Shown here: piece after piece, positions 24,852 to 32,645 of the stretch | Numbering within the stretch: the stretch's first letter is position 1 | How the letters are laid out: each line of letters opens with the position of its first letter | NCBI GenBank assembly: GCA_017935195.1 | Contig: JAGBIB010000065.1 | Coordinates: 1-45,163, forward strand | Direction: 5' to 3' | DNA length: 45,163 bases | DNA from: Clostridia bacterium | Lineage (GTDB): Bacteria; Bacillota; Clostridia; Oscillospirales; CAG-272 | Position numbers and translations under genes: made by a program | The notes under the pieces: generated by a model | What the model was told of the DNA's origin: nothing | The model's input: the letters and a program-made list of their open reading frames with translations, nothing else | The model's database searches: none

Positions 24852-26417
24852 ATGAAAAAACTCGTTGCCATTCTTTCGGTACTTCTTGTTGCGCTGTCGG
24901 CCTTCACCGCTTGCAGCAATAAGACGACCACCGAAGAAAACAAGCCCGCATCGCCCACCCCTTCCTCCCCTGAGGAATCGGTCAGCGAAGTGCCCACCCC
25001 CTCCGATCCTCAGTCGGAGCTGCCCACCGAGCAGTCCTCCCCCGCACCCTCTTCCTCCCCCGTCCTGCCCACCCCTACCCCCTCGGACGAGAAGAAGGAA
25101 GGCGATCCCATGACCGAGGAGGAGCTGGGCGTTTTACCCGTGGGACAGTACATCGTAACACCTGTCGGCACCACCACACCCATCAGCTACGCCAAGGAGG
25201 GCGAAGCGGATGACGTGAATGTGGCCTCCGGACTTGGCGGTGCGCTCAACGAGCTGACCATCGTATACCAGACCCACAAGGATCCCTATTATCTGGTCTT
25301 TGCGGGAAGTGACAGTATGCACGTTCTGGGCTCTCCCGACCGTTTCTATGTGAACGAAGGCGAGGACGTGGTCTTCAGAGGCAAAAAATACACCAGCGGC
25401 TCCACCACCTACTACGACGACAAAAGAGAAACACTCCAGTGGCGCATCGAAAAGAACGAAGACGGCTCCTACACCTTCGTGATCAACAAGGACAGAAGCC
25501 TTTGTATGTCCTTAAAGGATGGCAAGCTGGTCTTTGAAAAGAGAGAAAGCGCCACCGGCATCACCTCCTTCAATCTGGAAATGAAGACGAGAGGCGGCGG
25601 AGATGCCTTCATCCAGTACATCAGCGACGAGGGCAACGTGGTGGTTCGCTTGGAGCCCGGCATCAAGAAGGCATCCAAGGCAACCGACGAAATGCTCCAG
25701 ACCTGGGCAAACAATCTGGACGACGCCTACAACCACTATATCGACCTGACCACCTTCACCGCTCACGAGAGCATCGTGGTCAAGGGCTATGAGCCCTCTC
25801 CCCACATCGGTTACGTTTGGAACTCCCTGGAGCATTACAACGTCATCACCATTTCGGCATCCTTCCTCAGAACCGACCTGAACAAGATGGCTACCCGTTG
25901 GAAGAAGGACGGTGTGGTTGACTGGAACTTCTGCGCCCTGCATGAAATGGGACATATGTTCGACAACCAGCAGCCTTGGTACTTTGAAGCAGAGATGATG
26001 ACCGACCTGAAGGTGGGCTACGTTCTGCAGGCAGGCGGCGGCTGCGCCGCTCCCTCCGAATATTCGGCTCTTCAGTACTTCTATGCCGACGGCATCGAAG
26101 GGCACGCACAGATCGAGGAATGCTATCTTGGCCTTTCGGCAAAAAAGCAGCCCATTGCAAAGAGCCTTGAATACGGTGCTTACGGTGCGGCCTTAAAGTT
26201 CATCGAGATCCAGAGAGAGATCGACGATGAGAACTGGACGGTCTACAAGCAGGCATATGCCGAGTTATATAAGGAAGGCAGAACCACTTACGTCAACTAC
26301 GAAAAGTTTGAAAATTTCGTTGCCAAGCTTTCCAAGTTCTCGGGCAAGGATGTCAAAGCGCTGTTCACCGAGAAGGAGTGGAACGTCTACATGACCAAAT
26401 ACGGCTACACAGGTTAA
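24852..26417 (+). CDS. Secreted lipoprotein zinc-metallopeptidase-like protein (HEMGH...E gluzincin), paralog A
   Basis: Lipobox LSAFTAC and a ~90-aa S/P/T-rich linker. The middle module contains QWRIEKNEDGSYTF, a possible beta-trefoil QxW. C-terminal FCALHEMGHMFDNQQPWYFEAEMMTD. Confidence 0.7.
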   Translation: MKKLVAILSVLLVALSAFTACSNKTTTEENKPASPTPSSPEESVSEVPTPSDPQSELPTEQSSPAPSSSPVLPTPTPSDEKKEGDPMTEEELGVLPVGQYIVTPVGTTTPISYAKEGEADDVNVASGLGGALNELTIVYQTHKDPYYLVFAGSDSMHVLGSPDRFYVNEGEDVVFRGKKYTSGSTTYYDDKRETLQWRIEKNEDGSYTFVINKDRSLCMSLKDGKLVFEKRESATGITSFNLEMKTRGGGDAFIQYISDEGNVVVRLEPGIKKASKATDEMLQTWANNLDDAYNHYIDLTTFTAHESIVVKGYEPSPHIGYVWNSLEHYNVITISASFLRTDLNKMATRWKKDGVVDWNFCALHEMGHMFDNQQPWYFEAEMMTDLKVGYVLQAGGGCAAPSEYSALQYFYADGIEGHAQIEECYLGLSAKKQPIAKSLEYGAYGAALKFIEIQREIDDENWTVYKQAYAELYKEGRTTYVNYEKFENFVAKLSKFSGKDVKALFTEKEWNVYMTKYGYTG

Positions 26418-26485
26418 ATAAATAAAAGCAATTCTCCAATCAAGCGATATCCAAAACATAACAAAAAGGAAAGGATACCACCAAA

Positions 26486-27874
26486 ATGAAAAGAATTCTT
26501 GCGATCCTGCTCGTTATACTGTTTTCCTTGACGCTTTTTGCCTCCTGCAACAAGAAACAGGAAAGCACCTCTCCCTCCTCCCCCTCCTCTCTGCCCTCCT
26601 CTTCTGCCCCCTCTCCCGCTCCCGAGCTGAGCACCTCTCTGCCTCAGGGCACCTCTCCCGAGGATGTGGAGGCTGAGCCCGTAAAGATCCCCTTCGGCCT
26701 TTACAAGATCACCTCCAGCGACGGCAAGGTGCTCGGCTACGACAACACCAACACCCCCGGCTATGAGGAGACCGATTACAAGCGCACCTGCTGGACTGTT
26801 GAGTCCTTCTTGGACGCCAAGGGTCGCCGAGGCTACACCCTGTACGCAGGCGATCTGCCCTCCTTTGCACTGACCGCTCAAAAGGCTCTGCCCGGTGGCA
26901 CCACCAAGGTCTTCCAGTCCTCTGCCGTCAATCCCGAAAAGAAGCAGCTCTTCTATCTTGAAGAATATGAGGACGGTACCTTTGCATTAAAGAGTGCCGT
27001 CAACCCCATCTTCGCCCTTGCCGCTACCGACGAAACGCCCTCTCTGGCTCTCTTTGCCGAGGCAGGCGAGGAGATCAAATGGAAGTTTGAGCCTCTGACC
27101 GAAGGGTGTGACCGCTATGTGGAGTGGAGAAGCGTCAACGGTCTGTTCACCGTCCGCATGGGTCCCGACATCCTGAGAAGAGCCCGCATCTCCTCCGAGC
27201 GTATGCAGGAATGGGCCAACCAGATGGAAAACGTCTACTACTCCTACGTTGAGTTGACCGGCTTCGTTCCCTACCAGCACATCATCTTCAAGGCGTATGA
27301 GGGTGAGGAATACCCCGGCTACGTAATGGGCAACTACATGGTCATCTCTGCCGATAAGGACTTCATGTACACCGACCTCGGTAAGATGGCACAGAGAGAC
27401 ACCATGGGCGTGACCGACTACAACTTCTTGCTGCTCCACGAAATGGGTCATATGTTTGACTGGGGCAGACAGTGGGACTTCGAGGGCGAGGCAATGACCG
27501 ACATCAAGGTCAGCTACGCTCTTTACGACAACCCCGAAGCGGTTGCCGCTCCCTCCGAGTTTGGCGCAAAGGAATACTTTAACGGCCAAAACATCAACGA
27601 ATGCTACAACGAGTGCGCAGGCAACAAGCCCATGAACGGCACCTACAACATCTTCCGCACCGCTGCGATCTTCACCGAATTCGGTCAGATGGATAACTGG
27701 GAGACCATGAAAAAGACCTATCACTGGTTCGAGGAATCGGGCTGGAAGGCACAAAACAACACCGAAATGCTTGAAAAGTATGTGGAAAAGCTTTCCGAGT
27801 TCTCGGGCAAGGACATCCGTTCCATGATCGCTGACAAGGAATGGGAAACCATCGTAGCAAAAACCCAAGGATAA
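26486..27874 (+). CDS. Secreted lipoprotein zinc-metallopeptidase-like protein (HEMGH...E gluzincin), paralog B
   Basis: Lipobox LTLFASC and an S/P-rich linker. LLLHEMGHMFDWGRQWDFEGEAMTD. It is collinear with paralog A through the C-terminus (KLSEFSGKDIRSMIADKEW versus KLSKFSGKDVKALFTEKEW). There is no terminator between the two genes. Confidence 0.7.
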   Translation: MKRILAILLVILFSLTLFASCNKKQESTSPSSPSSLPSSSAPSPAPELSTSLPQGTSPEDVEAEPVKIPFGLYKITSSDGKVLGYDNTNTPGYEETDYKRTCWTVESFLDAKGRRGYTLYAGDLPSFALTAQKALPGGTTKVFQSSAVNPEKKQLFYLEEYEDGTFALKSAVNPIFALAATDETPSLALFAEAGEEIKWKFEPLTEGCDRYVEWRSVNGLFTVRMGPDILRRARISSERMQEWANQMENVYYSYVELTGFVPYQHIIFKAYEGEEYPGYVMGNYMVISADKDFMYTDLGKMAQRDTMGVTDYNFLLLHEMGHMFDWGRQWDFEGEAMTDIKVSYALYDNPEAVAAPSEFGAKEYFNGQNINECYNECAGNKPMNGTYNIFRTAAIFTEFGQMDNWETMKKTYHWFEESGWKAQNNTEMLEKYVEKLSEFSGKDIRSMIADKEWETIVAKTQG

Positions 27875-27895
27875 CAACGAATCGTCAACAAAGAT

Positions 27896-27941
27896 AAAAA
27901 GGCTGTCTGCCTGCGGATTCCCGCAGGCAGACAGCCTTTTT
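27896..27941. terminator. Bidirectional terminator
   Basis: AAAAAGGCTGTCTGCCTGCGG-ATTC-CCGCAGGCAGACAGCCTTTTT, a perfect 16-bp GC-rich stem flanked by A and T runs. Confidence 0.9.
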
Positions 27942-27955
27942 ATCTTCTCGTTTTT

Positions 27956-29155
27956 TTAAAAGTGCTTGGCAAGACCGCCCTCGGAGGTCTCTCTGTATTC
28001 AACACCCAAGTCCCGTCCCGTTTCGTACATGGTCTTGACCACCACGTCAAAGGAGATCTTACGGGTACCCACAAGGAAATTTGCCAAAGACAGGGCGTTG
28101 ATGGCGCGCATTGCCGCCACGGCATTGCGCTCGATACAGGGGATCTGCACCAGTCCGCAGACGGGATCGCAGGTCAGACCCAGATGATGCTCTAAGGACA
28201 CCTCCGCCGCGTATTCGATCTGGTGGATGCCCATTTCAAACATCTCGGCAAGTCCTGCCGCCGCCATAGCGCAGGCAGTACCCACCTCGGCCTGACATCC
28301 GCACTCCGCTCCCGAAACCGAGGCGTTTTGCTTGACCAGATTGCCGATGAGCCCCGCCACCGCAAGGGCGCGGATGACCCGCTCGTCGTCAAATCCCTTC
28401 TTTTCCTGCATATACTTCAGCACCGACGGCACCACTGCGCAAGCACCGCAGGTGGGGGCGGTGACGATGGTCTTACAGTCGGCGTTCTGCTCGCTTGCCG
28501 CAAAGGCGTAGGCGCAGACGATGCGGTTTTCCTTGGTCTCGGGTCGCTCGTCGATATGCCCTCTGTTATAAAGAAGCTGTGCCACTCTTTCCACGTTCAA
28601 CCCACCGGGCAAGATCCCCGAGGTGGTAAGCCCCCCTTGGATCTCCTCCTTCATCACCTGCCAGATATCGTAAAGGAAATGGCGAATCTCGGGGCCCTCG
28701 GTTTCAAAAACATAGTCGGAAAGACGGATCTTTTTGGCTTTACACAGCGCAGCGATCTCGGTGAAGCTGTTTTCCTTGTATATCTCGGGCTTTTCCTCTT
28801 CGGGACAGCCCTCAATGCGGATGTCACCGCCGCCCACCGAAAGAATACGGGTGCGCAAAAGCTCCTTCCCCTCCTTATAGGCGATAAAGTCCATGGTGTT
28901 GGCGTGGGGAAGCGTTTCTGCCGGGGTATCGTTATCAAAAACGATCTTCACGGGCTTGGGCGCAATGGTCTCCTCAATGGCGGCATCGGTGCGGTGTCCC
29001 TTGCCCGTTGCCGCAAGGGATCCGTACAAGATCACCTCGTAGCTATCGGCATCGGGGGTCTTTGAAAGAAAATACTTGCTTGCCTTTTCAGGTCCCATGG
29101 TGTGGGAGCTGGAGGGGCCTCTGCCCACCTTGTACAGTTCACGAAGAGATTTCAT
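27956..29155 (-). CDS. sdaA: Iron-sulfur L-serine ammonia-lyase (single-chain L-serine dehydratase)
   Basis: N-terminal LYKVGRGPSSSHTMGP. Cluster-ligand region TAPTCGACAV...SGAECGCQAEVGTACAMAA. Confidence 0.85.
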   Translation of the reverse strand: MKSLRELYKVGRGPSSSHTMGPEKASKYFLSKTPDADSYEVILYGSLAATGKGHRTDAAIEETIAPKPVKIVFDNDTPAETLPHANTMDFIAYKEGKELLRTRILSVGGGDIRIEGCPEEEKPEIYKENSFTEIAALCKAKKIRLSDYVFETEGPEIRHFLYDIWQVMKEEIQGGLTTSGILPGGLNVERVAQLLYNRGHIDERPETKENRIVCAYAFAASEQNADCKTIVTAPTCGACAVVPSVLKYMQEKKGFDDERVIRALAVAGLIGNLVKQNASVSGAECGCQAEVGTACAMAAAGLAEMFEMGIHQIEYAAEVSLEHHLGLTCDPVCGLVQIPCIERNAVAAMRAINALSLANFLVGTRKISFDVVVKTMYETGRDLGVEYRETSEGGLAKHF

Positions 29156-29243
29156 AACGCGTCCTTTCTGAAAAGAATGGTTTTTTCGGTCTTATTTATG
29201 GGGAAATGCCCTCTTCACAAGGGTCTTGTTCGTTGCCAAAAGG

Positions 29244-30746
29244 TCATTCCTCGTCGGCAAGGATCTTGTGGTAGCGGTTTTCGTGATCGTAGATCTGCAT
29301 GGGATCGCAGTATTCCTGCATATTGTTGTAAGAAACCTCAAAAAGGCTGTCGAAATTCTTCTGCGCCTTTTGCTTTGCGGTAGCGTCATCGTTGCCGATG
29401 CTCTTGTAATAATTATAATAATAGTCCATATAGGTGGCAGCGTTGGCGTAGGTTCTCACGGTGAAGCCGGTGATGGTAAAGCGCTCCAGATAAATGGTAC
29501 CGGTGCCGGAGGCGATGCCGCCTTCTTTTGGCTGCTTGCCGTCCCAGATGGTGTTGAGCTGGGAGGTGCCGCAGAACATCACGAAGCCCTCCTTCAGGAG
29601 CAGATCGTGCTTTGCCGTGCCGTGGTTGGTCCATGCACCGTAGGGGTAGATGAAGACCTTGGTCTCACCGATGAGCGGCTTGACGTTTCTGTTCCACATC
29701 TCCACGTCTCTTTCCACACGGGACAGAGCGCAGTTGGTGTAGTTGTTGTGAGAATAGCTGTGGCAGGCGAAGTTGTAGCCGTTGGCCTTGAGCCAATTGA
29801 CCACCACCATTGCCTTTTCTCTTTCCTTTGCCACATCAATGCCCTGCTCGGCGTACTGCTCGTCGGTTCTGTAGCCGAGGATTCCCGCAAAGCCGGTGAG
29901 CGCCAGAGTGAACTTGGCACCGTTATAGGAGAAATCGGGGTGGGTCTTTAAGAACTTTTCAAGGATGGGGAAGACCTCGCCATCAGTGAGGGTGGTGGAA
30001 CCGTCGGCATTGTCGTAGCAACCCATAATGGTGCCGTTTTCAATGACCAGACGGTCAATCATGCCCGATCCCTTCTTTCTGGGATCGTAGGTCACGTCGT
30101 CGATAGAGAAGACCAGCGGCTTCTTGCCCTCCGGCACGGTGACGGTGGGGGCAAGCTTGGCTGTGCCGTTCTTGTGCAGAACGTACATATCGTTGATGTC
30201 GATCAGCACGAAATCGTTATCGTAAAGGGACTGGAGCAGCTTTTCAAACTCCGAAACGGTCAGGCAATCCACATCAAGAGGGCCGGATGCGGTGGCACAA
30301 CCCTTTTTGGGATCGTTGATGAGACAATGGGTAAAAACGTGGCGCACGCTGCTTGCGGGCACCTCCACCGTCTTTACAGGCTCAGGAGGATCAATGGGAT
30401 CATCGGAAGGGGTAGGTGTAGGGGTCGGGTCCTCAGAAGGAGTGGGGGTAAGGGTAGGATCCTCCGAGGGCGTGGGGGTAACAGGCTCCTTTGAGGGAGA
30501 GGAAGGCAGGGGTGCCGAAGAGGGCTCTTCGCTCGTTCCTTCGGAGGGAAGAGGAAGAAGGGAGGGCGAGGTCTGCCCTTCCGAGGGATCGGAGGGCGTG
30601 TTCACGGTAGGCTGTCCCGAAGAAGTGCCTGCCGAGGGGTCGTCCGTGCTGACCGAAATATTGGATTTGGAGCAGGCGCAAAGACCTATTGCCGAAAGCA
30701 GGCTGAGCAGCACTGCGGTAATACGAATGAGAACGGTTCTTTTCAT
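29244..30746 (-). CDS. Polysaccharide deacetylase (CE4/NodB-type) lipoprotein
   Basis: Lipobox IGLCAC (MKRTVLIRITAVLLSLLSAIGLCAC) and a long P/T/S/E linker. FSIDDV (DD motif), FACHSYSHNNY (HSxxH) and IYPYGAW. Confidence 0.8.
   Translation of the reverse strand: MKRTVLIRITAVLLSLLSAIGLCACSKSNISVSTDDPSAGTSSGQPTVNTPSDPSEGQTSPSLLPLPSEGTSEEPSSAPLPSSPSKEPVTPTPSEDPTLTPTPSEDPTPTPTPSDDPIDPPEPVKTVEVPASSVRHVFTHCLINDPKKGCATASGPLDVDCLTVSEFEKLLQSLYDNDFVLIDINDMYVLHKNGTAKLAPTVTVPEGKKPLVFSIDDVTYDPRKKGSGMIDRLVIENGTIMGCYDNADGSTTLTDGEVFPILEKFLKTHPDFSYNGAKFTLALTGFAGILGYRTDEQYAEQGIDVAKEREKAMVVVNWLKANGYNFACHSYSHNNYTNCALSRVERDVEMWNRNVKPLIGETKVFIYPYGAWTNHGTAKHDLLLKEGFVMFCGTSQLNTIWDGKQPKEGGIASGTGTIYLERFTITGFTVRTYANAATYMDYYYNYYKSIGNDDATAKQKAQKNFDSLFEVSYNNMQEYCDPMQIYDHENRYHKILADEE
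30399..30488. repeat. Three tandem ~30-bp units encoding the PTPS(E/D)DP(T) linker repeat of the deacetylase
   Basis: The protein reads PTPSEDPTLT-PTPSEDPTPT-PTPSDDP. The DNA units are visibly related, for example GGATCCTCCGAGGGCGTGGGGGTAA and GGGTCCTCAGAAGGAGTGGGGGTAA. Confidence 0.6.
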
Positions 30747-30885
30747 GTTTTTTCCTTTCGTTATCTCGGGCGATCGCCCTTTTATGAGTGCGTTCACCTT
30801 TATAGTACGTTTTTTTCGACAAACGTCATCGACTTTTTCAAAAAAAACGATTTTTTTACAATTTTTTCTCTTTTATTGCTTCCCC

Positions 30886-30914
30886 TTGCAATTTTGTCCG
30901 TTCGGTGCTATACT
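30886..30914 (+). promoter_or_regulatory. sigmaA-type promoter of the small Cys-rich protein gene
   Basis: TTGCAA-N17-TATACT, with TGc upstream of the -10. Confidence 0.55.
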
Positions 30915-30947
30915 GTAAAAAAGCAAAGAAGCAAAAAGGAGGCTTCC

Positions 30948-31181
30948 ATGAAGGACGGTACGAAAAAGGAAGGCGCAAGAAAGCAGGAAAACACCAAGAA
31001 AGCAGTGGCATCCACGCCCTGCGAGAGCTGTGAATTTTACGATGCCGACGAATACGGTGACTATTCCTGCATTATGAATTTAGACGAGGACGAGTTTTTA
31101 AGCTTTGCCTTTGGCAGCACCTCCGCCTGCCCCTATTATCGCTTTTACGACGAATACAAATTCGTGCAAAAGCAGAACTGA
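30948..31181 (+). CDS. Small Cys-rich, acidic protein (4-Cys, probable metal-binding)
   Basis: 77 aa from ATG 30948 with RBS AAAAGGAGG. CESCEFYDADEYGDYSCIMNLDEDEF...ACPYYRFYDEYK. Confidence 0.6.
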   Translation: MKDGTKKEGARKQENTKKAVASTPCESCEFYDADEYGDYSCIMNLDEDEFLSFAFGSTSACPYYRFYDEYKFVQKQN

Positions 31182-31206
31182 GCAGACGCACATCCAAAAT
31201 CCTTCC

Positions 31207-31237
31207 ACCGCGCGGTCAAAGCACCGTGCGGTTTTTC
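31207..31237 (+). terminator. Intrinsic terminator after the Cys-rich gene, overlapping the exonuclease 3' end
   Basis: ACCGCGCGGT-CAAAGC-ACCGTGCGGT-TTTT, a 10-bp stem with one G.U pair. Confidence 0.65.
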
Positions 31238-32367
31238 TTTACAGGCTTCTGCCGCTCGCTCTTTTCGCCTGCGGCGTTGACTCTGGGGGCGTATTTCTCG
31301 TCTAACAGATAGTCCACCTCGGGCATGGGCATCGCTTCAAATTCCTCTGCGGTCATACCCAAAAGTGCCAAAAAGGAGTCGGGAGTATGGATCTTCACCC
31401 TGAAAACACCCCTCTTTTGCTGAAGACGGGCAATCTCGGGATTGGTCTTCAAGGTGCCGTCATCGTGGTAAACGGGATAGTTGATGAAGAGATTGCAGTC
31501 GGTGGGAGAAATATAGTAGCGTCCGCCGTGGTCGCAGATGAGCCCGATGAGCTTCATGGTGTGACGATAGTGCCGCTCTGCAAACTTTTCGGGAATGGCA
31601 ACCCGTTTGCCCTTCAATACCTGCTTGCACACTCTGTCGGAGGGCTTCACGTGGCGGATGTATCGAAGGTACAGGGTGCGGTTGACACTTTTTGGAGCGA
31701 TGCGATCGGACTTGTCACCGAGGATGCGCTCCACCAGCACCTTTCCTTCAAGCACCCTGATATAGACCTTGCCGTCAAACAGTCTTGAAGAGCAGGAAGG
31801 GAAGGCGGCGACGAGCTGCTCGGGACTGTTGCCCGTTTTGCGGCAGAGCCCCTCTAACACCCGCATGGTGAAATAAGAATCGTCGTCACTCTTATGCACC
31901 TCCTGATTCACCTCGCCCATATACATGGCGGCGGCATCGGACAGCGACACCTGACGGGACTGCTCACCGGGAGTCTCGATGAAATGGTAAAGCTTTTGCA
32001 GATCGCAGTAGTTGAAATTCACGCAGGGCAGACTATATCGCTCAAATTCACTGCGCAGATAGTTGGCATCGTTGTCGGCAGCATAGCCGAAGACCATGGT
32101 ATCGGGACGGGTCAGAAGCTCTTTGATACGATCGTAAACGTAGGGGAAGGTAGGTGCCTTTTTGAACTCCGCCTTGCTGTAGGCAAGCTGGATGAAGGGA
32201 CGGTTTTTTCTGCCCGAAAGCAGGAAGGGGGCCTTGGGATTGACGATCAGATCCTCTCTCTCGATCACGTCAAATTGCTCGTCGGTAACCACGTAGCCAA
32301 AAGAGCAGATCTTGGCCTGCCCCTCTATACAATTTGCGCATTCGATGTCAAAAAATACGTAATCCAT
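31216..32367 (-). CDS. DEDDh 3'-5' exonuclease with a C-terminal BRCT-like region
   Basis: FFDIECAN (Exo I), GYAADNDANYL (Exo II) and HKSDDDSYF (Exo III, H-x4-D). The C-terminal LKGKRVAIPEKF...LICDHGGRYYISPTDCNLFINYP resembles a BRCT fold, at low certainty. Confidence 0.75.
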   Translation of the reverse strand: MDYVFFDIECANCIEGQAKICSFGYVVTDEQFDVIEREDLIVNPKAPFLLSGRKNRPFIQLAYSKAEFKKAPTFPYVYDRIKELLTRPDTMVFGYAADNDANYLRSEFERYSLPCVNFNYCDLQKLYHFIETPGEQSRQVSLSDAAAMYMGEVNQEVHKSDDDSYFTMRVLEGLCRKTGNSPEQLVAAFPSCSSRLFDGKVYIRVLEGKVLVERILGDKSDRIAPKSVNRTLYLRYIRHVKPSDRVCKQVLKGKRVAIPEKFAERHYRHTMKLIGLICDHGGRYYISPTDCNLFINYPVYHDDGTLKTNPEIARLQQKRGVFRVKIHTPDSFLALLGMTAEEFEAMPMPEVDYLLDEKYAPRVNAAGEKSERQKPVKKNRTVL

Positions 32368-32427
32368 AGCCGCTTCTCCCGATCTTTTTTAATACGGTCT
32401 TCTGATCCGACAAAATCTCTACTTTAT

Positions 32428-32456
32428 AGTGTACTTGATTCTTCCCCTCTTGTCAA
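32428..32456 (-). promoter_or_regulatory. sigmaA-type promoter of the exonuclease gene
   Basis: Minus strand TTGACA (32451..32456)-N17-TACACT (32428..32433). The -35 is embedded in the palindrome CTCTTGTCAAGAG. Confidence 0.5.
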
Positions 32457-32458
32457 GA

Positions 32459-32495
32459 GAAAAAGACAAATCCCATGGATTTTTTTGTCTTTTTC
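32459..32495. other. Orphan long hairpin in a divergent intergenic region
   Basis: GAAAAAGACAAATCC-CAT-GGATTT(TTTT)GTCTTTTTC, giving 6 + 9 bp of stem with a T4 bulge. No upstream gene on either strand needs a terminator here. Confidence 0.5.
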
Positions 32496-32580
32496 CACCC
32501 CATTCTTCCTTCGGGCGAGGCTCATACGATAGCCTAAACGAATATTTTTTCACTACAGTTTAAAAAAGGAAGAAAAAGTA

Positions 32581-32609
32581 TTGACAAAAAAGAAATACAG
32601 TTGTAAAAT
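32581..32609 (+). promoter_or_regulatory. sigmaA-type promoter of the large exoprotein gene
   Basis: TTGACA (32581..32586)-N17-TAAAAT (32604..32609). Confidence 0.6.
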
Positions 32610-32645
32610 GTGTATACAATTCTTTTCCAAAGAGAGGAACCCCGC

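Noticed and set aside
30399-30488. Short tandem DNA repeats that might suggest a CRISPR array or VNTR.
   Set aside because: They are in-frame coding repeats of a P/T-rich linker inside the deacetylase gene. There are no spacers and no cas genes, and no CRISPR-like array exists anywhere in the window.
30768-30779. The GGGCGATCGCCC palindrome (HIP1-like GCGATCGC core) in the deacetylase 5' UTR.
   Set aside because: It is a single occurrence. HIP1 is a cyanobacterial dispersed repeat and nothing else here is cyanobacterial, so this is probably a chance palindrome or a minor UTR hairpin.
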